From: Asterionella formosa
Taxonomy: Eukaryota
DNA length: 36,999 nucleotides
Assembly (NCBI GenBank): GCA_002256025.1
Contig: NKIB01015257.1
Span: 1-36,999, forward strand
Direction of reading: 5' to 3'
The notes below the pieces were generated by a model. It was not told the DNA's origin, ran no database searches, and saw only the letters and a list, made by a program, of their open reading frames with translations. Positions 1-10,481 of the stretch are shown piece after piece. Every line of letters starts with the position of its first letter. Positions within the stretch are counted from its first letter, which is position 1. Made by a program: the position numbers and the translations under genes.

Positions 1-390
1 ATCAATATCTTCGAGTACCTGCCCGGCAATGGTGCGTAGTTGTAGCAATGACATTGCTGGTATGGTCATATAGCGTCACAAGCACTCCGACTAAGTTGGT
101 ATCACCACTGTCATTGTTGTCTGTATCTTCCTTGACACAGCCGGAAATTGAGCCAAGTTTCTGTGCACTAGGAGCAGGACTGATGACGGGCTGAAGACCT
201 GGACGTTCGTCTACAAACTCATTGTTAAACGAGCTGCCGGATCTAATGTCAATGTCGATTGAATTGATATCACTACCGTCATTGTCCCCAACGTTGACGA
301 ATCCTGTCGTCGGGGTCTTCTGATCAATTGTGTATACACCTGGAGGGGCGTAAAAATGAACTTTCCAGCACTGTCCTTTAACGTCGTCAT
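1..390 (-). pseudogene. Frameshifted remnant of an SdrD-B/Cna-B-type repeat (adhesin-like) protein gene
   Basis: Manual minus-strand translation gives TTLKDSAGKFIF, a frameshift, then APPGVYTIDQKTPTTGFVNVGDNDGSDINSIDIDIRSGSSFNNEFVDERP..LGSISGCVKEDTDNNDSGDTNLVGVLVTLYDHTSNVIATTT. A second frame change leads to RTIAGQVLEDID at the window edge. This fits the SdrD-B repeat pattern GSISGxVxEDxDNDGxGDxxLxGVxVTLxDxxGxVIATT...PPGxY...NxFVDE. Confidence 0.7.
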
Positions 391-643
391 TGCAGGGTTG
401 TTGTGCTGTTGACTTCTTTGTGGCTTGCCATCGCCTGTGATGCGAAGCAAGTCAGCTGCCAGCGCTTTGGTCCGATGAGATTGACCCACCAGCAGCATGT
501 GTAAATCACTAGCAGAAATAATTTCCGTTCGGAAAATATTTCTGCTGCCAGTTCCATCATGTTTGCAAGTGTCATGGAGGAGTCAACTAAGATTCGTGTG
601 GCAAAAAAGTATTGGTGGTTTATACGAAGATTATGTAGGCTAG

Positions 644-830
644 TAGGGTTTAAGGGGTTATCAAAAAGAGGGGGACGAAATATCGATATAGGGGGACGAA
701 ATATCTTTTTCCTAAAATTATAATAGGAAAATGATATTTCGTCCCCCTAACCCTAACCCCTAAGCCTTAACTTCAGATGCTACATTGGAAGAGTCTAGGG
801 TTTGGGAGACGAAAAATCATTTTCCTAAAT
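644..830. repeat. Hairpin repeat flanked by degenerate telomere-like sequence
   Basis: 26-bp inverted repeat at 689-714 and 724-749 (1 mismatch, 9-nt loop). Extra direct copy AGGGGGACGAAATATC at 669-684 and a degenerate copy at about 796-827. TAGGGTTTAAGGGGTTA lies on the left and TAACCCTAACCCCTAA on the right. Confidence 0.8.
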
Positions 831-2308
831 ATATCACAAATATTCTTTCGTGATTTAATGATTAAAACTGTTGTTGCGATCTGATATTCGAATTATTTTA
901 GATTACTTATCTGACACAAAAATATAAAATTTTCTATAATTTTTAACAGTTAAATTTTCATAGCAATGCATCCTCTTGTTTGTTATGCCTCCTCTTGTAC
1001 ATTTCTTAACATGATATAATAAAATTAAGGTACATACCGGTAATTTCACCATTGTTGGTCACTGACAATGTTGGCTTTAATCGGTGGGATTGATAATGAA
1101 ATGAAATGAAATCGCAATCTGCCTGTGCCTGGTATGATGAGCAAGTTGTCACAACGAAACAACCATATGCAAGTTGCAAGTCCCCTAAAGCGAAATTCTA
1201 GCAAGTTAGAGCCATAATCCTGTGATGATGTCTTTATGTATTTAGTCTTTTTCTTTTTATTGTTGTAACTCCAGGATATGTTTAAAGATTTGGTTTCAAC
1301 ATTTTGTTACCATTTGCAGCTTTGCTTTCCATTAAAATCAAATTTTCTTCAGCAAGAGTAGGCGCATCAATTTCACCCCTTTTGGAATGCTGATGATCAA
1401 TGCATTATAGATATTTGCAACTATAATCATACTTAGTTTGCCATCATTATATTTCTTCTGATCTCCTGGTACATTTTCTTGGCTGCCACCATACCCCCGT
1501 ACAACCCAAAACATGACAAAGACAATATTCCACCTCTGAAAAATAGAATCCACCAAAGCTCCCTTGTTGGCATTGTTGTTCTTCGACAAGATTGAAAATT
1601 GTGTCAAGAGTGTTGTCACCTCCAGTCTTCACATATGCCTCGATTAAGATATTATTTTAAGTGATGGTGTTGGGAACAATATAATCAAATCGTTCATGTG
1701 GTCAAAAAGAGCTGAGCTCAAATTGCAGCATCTTGCTTAGGACCGCTTGCAGCGGCTACCAAGACAAGAAGTTCGGTTGCTTACTAGTCTCATATCGTCG
1801 TTGTCATTTGAGCAGCCTTGGAGAGTAAGGGATGCCATCTCTGGCCTACCTTCTTCCTTTTACCAGAAGAGGATGAAGACAGAATTACAATATAAATGGA
1901 CGACGATTAGTGAACACATGATAGACACTTAAGGTTTATTGATGAGTTTATGTACCAGTAGGCATATATATGTGCATACCTTTGGAGAGAGCAGGCTGTT
2001 TCGGGTATGAGCAAGCAAGTCTTGAAATATTCAGGGAAATTATATGTAGTCATACATGAATAGAGTTATTTTTATATATTGCACTGTTATTTCTAACTGC
2101 AAAAAATTTGGTCAACACCAACACAAATTTTGGGGTTATGAGGACAATAATTTATGTTATAAAAGTTAGTATGTTTTATAGCCCATTCGTACTCCCCTAT
2201 TTCTTGGCAAGTCTGTCATTGTGCTACCTGCCAACAAGACCTGTGCTTCCCTAGTTTTGTTATCGTAGGTGAGTCCCCAACCACCTTTCGGGAAAGCAAG
2301 GTTATCAG

Positions 2309-2396
2309 CAAGTTGCGGTAATTTTGTTGAAACTAAAGATTTAGCTATCTTTATCCCAGATTAAAATGTTAGTTTGAGCAAAATTACCGCAACTTG
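2309..2396. mobile_element. Miniature inverted-repeat element (88 bp) with 18-bp TIR CAAGTTGCGGTAATTTTG and CAG target duplication
   Basis: Perfect 18-bp TIRs at 2309-2326 and 2379-2396, with imperfect pairing continuing inward. CAG flanks both ends. The same terminal 18-mer recurs at 27986-28003 and 31222-31239. Confidence 0.75.
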
Positions 2397-2473
2397 CAGG
2401 GGTTAGTGGTTGTGTCTGTTCATGTATATACTTCATTGGCATAAGGGTCATTCAGAAAATCTTTTTGTATTAA

Positions 2474-2542
2474 CAAGTCCTAGTCGTAATCAGCAAATCT
2501 TAGTCATAGTTAGCAAATTCCAGTCATTGTCAGCAAGTTCTA
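2474..2542. repeat. Degenerate 20-bp tandem repeat, about 3.5 copies
   Basis: CAAGTCCTAGTCGTAATCAG / CAAATCTTAGTCATAGTTAG / CAAATTCCAGTCATTGTCAG / CAAGTTCTA. Confidence 0.7.
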
Positions 2543-3340
2543 AAGCAATGTAGAAAGAGATGATTCCTATTTGTATTCCGAAGCTAGAAGACGGTTCGCT
2601 GAACTGGTTGATCAGTTATCAAATCTGAGTTGTGTTCAAAGACTGATTCTTCAAATCATCATTGGTCAATAAGAGTAACATGTTCCTAAATTACTCAAGG
2701 ATTATTATTTCCATCGAAAGCTGGCCTATTTCATCTGGTAGGCATCAGGCAAATCATTGGGAGTGGGTCAAAACTGAAAAGATGCACTTCCAGACCATCC
2801 AGGCATTAACACTAGAAGTAGTATGAACCAGGTGCCATTATACCCTTGTAAATACCAAGTACTCTCTCTGGGCGAAAGCAATTGCATCAATTTACAGTGA
2901 CTCAAGTGCCAAGCAGCTTATTTTTAGGACAGCTTATGTAAAAACATACCACTTTTCTACGACGTGAGGATCTTTTTAATGAGTTTCTCATACCAGTAAT
3001 TGAAATGGGCGTGATTCCTGATTCCCGGCAAATCAGGATATTTTGCTTGCCTAGTTCCTATATGCATTCATATCAAACTAGCCAGTCGAAAAACTGCCCA
3101 GAAAGCATCCTAGTCCATCATTATACTGATTACGAGAGAAGATAGTGGTGGCTAACATACCAAGTATTGCAAACAAATTCAGACATTTGTATATATACAC
3201 ATCTCTATAGACCAGTTGGCTATATTGTTTAAATGGACATGGCCACCCCATCAGTCCTTCCAAATACACTTTGCAGTATCAACTTTTATCATGACAGGAA
3301 CAGACCTTGACAAACTAATATTCATCATTTATGCCATCTT

Positions 3341-6300
3341 TCATCCTTGTATTTGAGGCCCTCCTTCTTCAAGTTGTTGCTTCAACCACTCGATATTTAG
3401 TTCTCCCTTTGGAAGCTTCTGTGTTGCTTTGAGATGCTCGAGTAAACTAAGCATAGCATTATATAGTGCTAGGGCATCCTTGACCTCGATTCTGTCTTTC
3501 CAATTTGGATGGGCACAACAGCAGTCCAAAATCTGCTTCTTGCTATCAAAAAAGTCGACCCTATTTTGAAATGGCCGGCTTCGATGCACACCAGGCGGCA
3601 GGAAGTAGAGATCATTTGGTCGGTTCCCTCTTTCAATGGACCATCCAAGTGATGAGAGGGTAATCCAAATGACGTTGTCAAATAGAAACTTATTTAGATT
3701 TTTGTGGAAAACTCCTGGAGAGGAGTTCGGTGCACCGCTTTTCTTCGTTCCATCTGTAGAGCTTCGTCGACGTTCTTTACGTAGTGACTTCGGGGTTGAA
3801 TGAGACAATTGACCTGGATCACAATATACGATGTTAGGAGAGTAAACATTCTCTTTGATTCCACTGTCAATTGCGTACTTCGCTTTCCCCCAGTCAATTC
3901 CAACTCCAGTGCAAAGTGACACCAAAAAAGTGTCGAGAACCAATGGATCAAGCAAATAATGTGAAGCAAATGTATGCGCAACATACACCACCTGCCAAAT
4001 AATGTACCAATCTTTGTCCAGTGTTGCAACCCCACGGCGAAAACAGTCTTCGCTTCTTGGTAGCCCAATAGTTGAACATGGGTGATTGTTTTGGGAATAA
4101 GGAAGTTTTGCTACAAAGACACGGCCCTCAATCTTTACTGTGATATTCTTTCGATCGATCGGCTCCGGGACCAAGCCAAGTTCCACAAGATCAAAATATG
4201 CACAGAGGTCTGCAGCTTGAGCCATGATTCCTTTGCTCATCGTTGATTCGGGTTCAGACAAAGCCGCTGCAGATTTCCACAATTCATCACCGCTAATTTG
4301 ATGATAGCCCTCTTCCCCAAAGTAAAATCCAATGTTTGTTGCTGGTATTACACCTTGAGGTACACTGCAGGCTTCTCGGATGGCAGCGGCTCCTTTTGCT
4401 GCACAATCTATATACTCTTTTGCAAGCGACATGCTCGTTTGGTTAGAAGTAGAAGCTTTCCATGTAACCACACATAGTTTCTTGGTGAGCTCAACTGCCA
4501 ATTGACACCAAGATGTTTCATTCAGTGCCCTTGGCAACTTGCCCCGAAGAGGGAAAAGAAACTCTTCGACAACCTCTTGCTCAATAGGCTTCAATAAGCT
4601 ATCAGCATTTTCAAAACTTAAATCACAATCAGTAACCTGCTGTATCCATTTCATGTCAAGGCACCATTTCTCCGCTTGTCCAAGCATTGATTTGATGCTT
4701 GATGGAGGCAAGGAAGACTGCGCAGAAAGCATTAAGTCAGAGATGCGATTTTCAAGTAAGATACTAATCCAGTGTATTCTTTGCCTGGCAATCATTTGCC
4801 GGGGTGTAAACAGACTTTCCGCCTGTGAGCTTTGTCGAATTAAAAACTCCTGGAGGGAAATCTTGGACAAGTCAGAAAAGTGTGGCAAAATAGAGGTGAC
4901 GATGAATTCACAAGCTTGAAACACATCAAGCACAGAGTAAAGTTTCACCATTTCGCCCACTTCATATCTATCATCGAAGTTTCTTTGGAGCCTCGAGGGT
5001 TCATGGGAGTCACCTTTCACACCTTCACTAAAGTTAATGAGGCCATATCCCTTTCTCTCCCGATTTTCCTCATAGTTAGAATAATATGTCGTCAATAGCT
5101 CAACTGTATCTCCTTTCCTTAATGGAGTAGTAATGTCAGCATAGTATTCTACAACTCTCCCATCTTTCTCACGTGCATGCACATTTTGGACAAGTTTAGG
5201 GTTGTGACCAACTTCATTGACATATATTGCCGACATCTGTTTAGCTGCATCACTTATATCTCCCGTTGCATCATCAGTTATGTCAATGAGCTGCTCTCGG
5301 CCAAGCAGAGGTTCTTCAACCTGAAAGCCCCATCCAGCTGGTTCTCCACCAAACAAAAATGATTTAAGTTCATAAAGTGCCTTTGGTTTGCGATCTGGTG
5401 ACAAGGGGATTTAAGATCATGATATGAATTCAAGGGAATCAAAATGTTATCTACGTACCTCCTTTCAAGTTAGGCCCATAGCGGCCCAAATCAATGTAAC
5501 CACACCCTGGAAATGATGAGGCAAATGAAACAGAATCGTCATAAAAATAATCGCCCTCAACATGAATACCAAGAAATCCAACCCTAGCAACCTGCCATGG
5601 ATTTTTCTGTTGACGAACGTCAGGTGCTTCCTCTTCATCACTATCATAGTGTAGCTTTTTGCCAGTAAGAACAAGCTTTGCTATTTTCGACGTGTTTGGG
5701 AGTTTCACTTTCATGGGTAGTGCTTCCTCTGCCCAGTAGTCTGAGTTGTTGTTCCCATGTAGATTTTTACCTGTCAATTTCACTGATACACCAAAACCTT
5801 CTGGTCGAACAGCCATTAGTGTTTCTTTGGTAGGGTTCAAAATTGAGTGCCTTGCTAGAAGGAGTTTGTTCGATCGTTCAGCGCAATCACTCTTCAGATT
5901 TCGAGCACCGAGAAACTTCAAGAATGCGCCTAGTCCAGAATTTGGTATGCCTGATTCTTTGATGAAAATCTCGAACTCGTAGATTGTTTCTAGAGAAGAC
6001 AGATGAGATATTCTAAAGGAAGCAACAAGCATGCAATTCATTGAAAGCTAACTTACCATCAGTGCAGCCGAGTACACAAATTCGTTGTCGAGGAAAATTT
6101 GTCCCCTTATCATAAGTTTTGAAAGACAAATGCGGTATTGAATCCATGACACTCCTGTCACTGTAACCAAGTAATTCACCCTGTTTTTCTAGTTTTGATT
6201 CGAAAAACTGAGCTTGTAGTTTCTTTTGTGAGGGACGACGATTTGGTCGTCGTTTCACTGCAGCAGCAATATTGCCTTTCGAGCTTTTGCTTTCTGCAAG

Positions 6301-8548
6301 TGTCGACTTCGTCTTAGCAGACGGGAACGAGTAAGGTATTAATGCATCCGCGGAGGGAATCATTTCATCTGGCTCCTTGTAGCTGATGGTTGCCCTGGGG
6401 CGCTTTGACCGGAATCTCTTGTCAACAAAGAGTTGACTCACCTCCAAAGCAGCATCGTAAAGCGCTTGAAGTCCCTGATCTTCGTCAAATTTAGAAGTAC
6501 TTGCTACCGAAAAATCCCCATCGTGATTTTCAACGGTGCTAGGTGATTTACTACTTTTGATATCGTCCAGTCGCTTCTGCAAGAATGAAAGTGCCAAGGT
6601 GTGTCAGCTTTTTTGTCAGGAGAATGACCTTGCCACAACATTTAGCTTACTTCTGCAAAAAAAATTCGGTTCTTACCTCATGCACCCCTTCTTCGTCAGG
6701 GTCATCAAAATCTGTCAGCATTTCGTCAGTTCTCGCGGGTGTAGGGATGGTACCAGAATCCACAAAGATGGTTTCTGGAGGTGCGGATATGTTTGGGATT
6801 GGGCATGCTTGTTTTGTTGCTGCCTTCACTTCGCGATTCTTTGACTCAATTAGGTTGGTTGATGCTACCTTTGCACTTGACGATTCTGGTGCACTGGAAA
6901 TAACTACCGATGTGTCCTGATTTGAAACTATTTGCTTCACACTGGAATCTTCATGGCAGCTATCAGGGAAAATCGCTCCGGAAACAACAATGGCTGGTGA
7001 TGCATGAATTTGGGCTTTGAAAGGATAATCAGCTGGCTTGCACTGTAGCCTTGCCACTTTCTTTCGGTTTGATTTGACCGCGTCTGCGTGCTTGCATTTC
7101 GACTCTTGCGCAATGGCTTGCGACTTCTTTTGAAGAGGCGATATAAAAAAATTATTGGTTGTGTCCATACACTCGAATTCTTCTGAACTATCTGTATCGT
7201 GTGACAAATCGATCATTGTTTTTCGACGCAACACACCAGTAATGAAATTGTTGTATTGATGCATGAATTCTCTTTTCCGATTCTCCAGGTGTTGAAAGGT
7301 CCTTATTCCCATGACAGCGAGGTTTTCACACTCGAACTGGCCAAGAATATCAGAAAGTGCATACTCTGCCATTTCGTCATTAGTAGGTTTTGTTCCAACT
7401 TTGTTAATTGCTGAAGCTGGAGTCGATATTGCGCTATCATCATTGCTGATAGTCACGTGCGGTATTTCCGATATGTTCTTCTTTTTCCGCACGACCTCAG
7501 ACGGGTGTGACTCGGCGTGGTGGTTCAATTGCGCTCGCGACCAAGGATTCGATTTTGCTTCGATGGACAGAGCGTTGGACGTCGTCCTTTGTTGCACCCG
7601 CACTAATGCTTGTAGCTGCTGTGTCTCCATCATTCTCAAATGTTCAATGTGCATTTGCGCAGTTGTTTTTGATGGAGAGTTTAAAGGTGGAAGAGTATTC
7701 AGCACCCCACTGTCATTCCTGTCAGAGTCAACATGTAGAACTTGTTCAGGTAAGGTACGCTTGTTAACCGAAGGATGACTAGGCAGTGTTTTGACATTAT
7801 TATATTCAGAACCACCGTCACAAATTTCCAAGCTATTTTTTTTGTCTTTGAGCTCAGAGATAGAGGAACCTTTTGGCAAGCTGTCCAAAACGACGGAGTC
7901 TGGACTGGCCCCCACAGTTCCCAGCGAGAATTCTTGGGTAAATATGGTTGCTGAAGTTTGTTTGGATTGCTCCACCCCTGTAGGTTTTGCAAGTTCTCCA
8001 TTGGTCGTATTAGATATCAAACTCTGGCTTTGGATTGGTAGCGAAAGGGCAGTTTTGGATGATGACCCCGAATCTGGGAACTTATCGTCGCCTCTCACGG
8101 CACTCTTCATGTCACCCCAAGTACGAGCTGCGGCTTTCTGTTCGTGCTTTACTTCCTTCAAAATTTCCTTGCCAACAAGACCTGCTGATTTGCAACTATC
8201 CGCCCCTGATAGCTTCTGAGCAGCAAAGCCCTTCGAATTCTTCGAAGCATACCATTTCGCTGTAGCGATCCGGTTTACCTGTGCTGGTGACAGGCCGGCA
8301 ATTTCGTCATCACTGCTATCAATCATGTCATCAAGTTCCTTTGCCGATGGAAGTCGGGTGGTGTGGTTATGATCGTGTCCCTGCTGCAGCATGTCCTGGT
8401 CGTATGCCAGGAGCTCAGCGGGTTTATTGCGCATAGCTTTCACCACGTCATCGTCACTACTGTCTTGAATATCAATGATATCGTTCGAGTTCGACATCAC
8501 CCTGTGATTATCAGTATCGATTGTTTGATTCTTCTCATTACTACGCAT
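3341..8548 (-). CDS. Large putative chromatin protein (~1658 aa): disordered N-terminus, split SET/PR-like domain, C-terminal MBD-like motif
   Basis: Four ORFs join in frame through GT-AG introns. Exons 8548-6677, 6576-6057, 5989-5459 and 5394-3341 total 4977 nt; introns are 100, 67 and 64 bp. SET-like motifs are IKESGIPNSGLGAF, YVNEVGHNP and YYA..PLRKGDTVELLTTYYSNY. The C-terminal motif is WITLSSLGWSIERGNRPNDLYFLPPG...FFDSKKQIL. The gene structure is better supported than the function. Confidence 0.7.
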
Positions 8549-9096
8549 TTCGTCCTCGCTGTCGGAACACAGGTCCAGAGGGTCTTTGTGGGAGTTATAA
8601 ATTACACGTACAAAATAGTATTAGTAAATTTTGGCGCGCCATTTTCCGTTTGGAATTTATCCCGATTCATTTTTCATGGAAGGTATTGCTCGAACACTTG
8701 AGTTGCTCTAGCTCTCTTACCTTGGTCGACACCTCCGTTCATATTTGTCGTATTTTAATTCACAACGCTGTTGTTACACGGAGACGCCATGCATACTACC
8801 GGTACCAAAGAAACGAAAACAAAATGACACAATAGTAATATAGTAGATCACCTCCCTCATTTAGCAATTGCGGCGGCTCTAAGACAATGTGTGCCAGGAA
8901 TATACGTTGACCTACATAATGCAAAATATTCTATTCGTACTGGACTTTTGGTTTTTGTTGATGGTTTAGACTACCGGTACCGGTAATTAGTTCTACTATT
9001 GCATGATCCATGCCGCCCAGGTAACTCGTCCTCCTGTCGGCCGTTCAAGAATATTGAAACCGACGTACACGATACAGACGGCGAATGGATTGAAGT

Positions 9097-9740
9097 CAGT
9101 CCACTCGTCCTGTTGATGTGTTTTACAATGCACGCCTTCTGGTACTCGGGAACATTAGAAAAGGAGAAATGAATATGGATATTCACAGGAATGAAGATGT
9201 AACAAGCACCAATATGGTTGGCAATTTACCAGGTTACAACAGCATTGTGTGGTAGTATCACTGGAACTGGATTGCAACTTTTTTGTCTTGCTGGGTAGTA
9301 TCACATCATATACAATAGCAAGAACAGAAACAAGTTTACCATCCACAAGCCTAAATGATGGAACAGCAATTCTGTTCAAACAATTGGATTGTGGCCAGTC
9401 CTTCCTGGACAGCAATGACAGTGCTGCAGAGATTAATGTGATAGTAGTTCTTGGTAACTTCTCTAACAGTACCAACTGTGATCACTCCCACATACTCTTG
9501 TTAGCTTGCTTGTCAAATTCAAAATATCATCATGAGACCCTCCCAGTAAATGCAACTTTATCAACTTGTAGCGACAACCTCCTAACAAACTTCCGGGTGA
9601 CACAAAGGGACATCACGATGGCTGAGTACATCTTTGGTCCAGCCAGAAGTGGGTTCACTCAAAGGGAAGGCTATTTAGCATGCTGCTGAGCGAGTGGGGT
9701 TCAACATGGTTGATATTGCAGCAACTTTCATGACTCACTC
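9097..9740 (+). mobile_element. Degraded diatom CoDi-type Ty1/copia pol relic (protease-like region to pre-integrase region)
   Basis: Across frameshifts and stops it reads QST..VDVFYNARLL..NIRKGEMNMDIHRNEDVTSTNMVGNLPGYNSIVW, then YNSKNRNKFTIHKP/DGTAILFKQLDCGQSFLD, then NLLTNFRVTQRDITMAEYIFGP/EVGSLKGK. These match, in order, my recollection of diatom copia blocks (LDNQSTVDVFxN, IHCNAGxxxTNxVGDLPGYGxVWY, PVTxxDIxxAExIFGPDVGSLKGK). Confidence 0.8.
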
Positions 9741-10481
9741 ACTATTGAGTTCACCCTTCAACTTTGTTCTTTGCCAAATGTCTGAATGTTAATAGTTTTG
9801 GGACATGATGGTGCATTGTTCCATCAAACACCACAATGAAACATAATGAAAGAAATCAATTTCTAGGTTATTATTACAGAAAACCTATGGGTACACACTG
9901 CAAGAAGCCACATGGCAATGCAGCATAGTATACCGGTAATCTGACATTGGAGATTATTATTGGTTGCACTTAGATTAGCACTTATGGCATAGGATATGAT
10001 TCACAAATTATTTTTTCGTACCTGGTACTTTCAAGGACTGTTTCATAGCAGTTGCAATTTATGCTGAATAATAGGTGCATCTACAAACAGAGGTGACCAT
10101 AATTGGGAATTCGGAATCAGGAGTCTTTCTGTTTCAATGTACTGCATAATATGAATCAGTACTGGTATGTACTAGTATATCAGCAATGCATTTTTTATTA
10201 AATGAGGACATGAATTGATTGTGGTGTAATAAAGTGGCTTCCAAACCATAGGAGCACACTGTTTCTTCTTCAAATATATACAATTACTCAATGGGAAAAC
10301 TAAGATTCCAACTGTACATTTGGCGGATGCATAGGTTATACCAGATGTGCTATATATATATATATTAGCTTTTTGGTTCTAGCATGTCGTTTTGTTCAGG
10401 CGATACCAGCACTGGGACTCCATACCATCGACCAGCGAAGACCATAGTGATAATTCGAAATGATCGCCAGGTTTCTTTGTT

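Noticed and set aside
744..770. True chromosome telomere
   Set aside because: There are only two to three degenerate units embedded in internal sequence, so it was treated as part of a repeat element.
1338..1932. Short ORFs in the left AT-rich spacer
   Set aside because: Non-ATG starts, no motifs and no convincing splice structure.
3078..3300. Faint resemblance of minus-strand VPVMIKVD...ANWSI...VSHHYL to copia RNase H
   Set aside because: The motifs are too short, wrongly spaced and spread over several frames, so they cannot be supported without an alignment.
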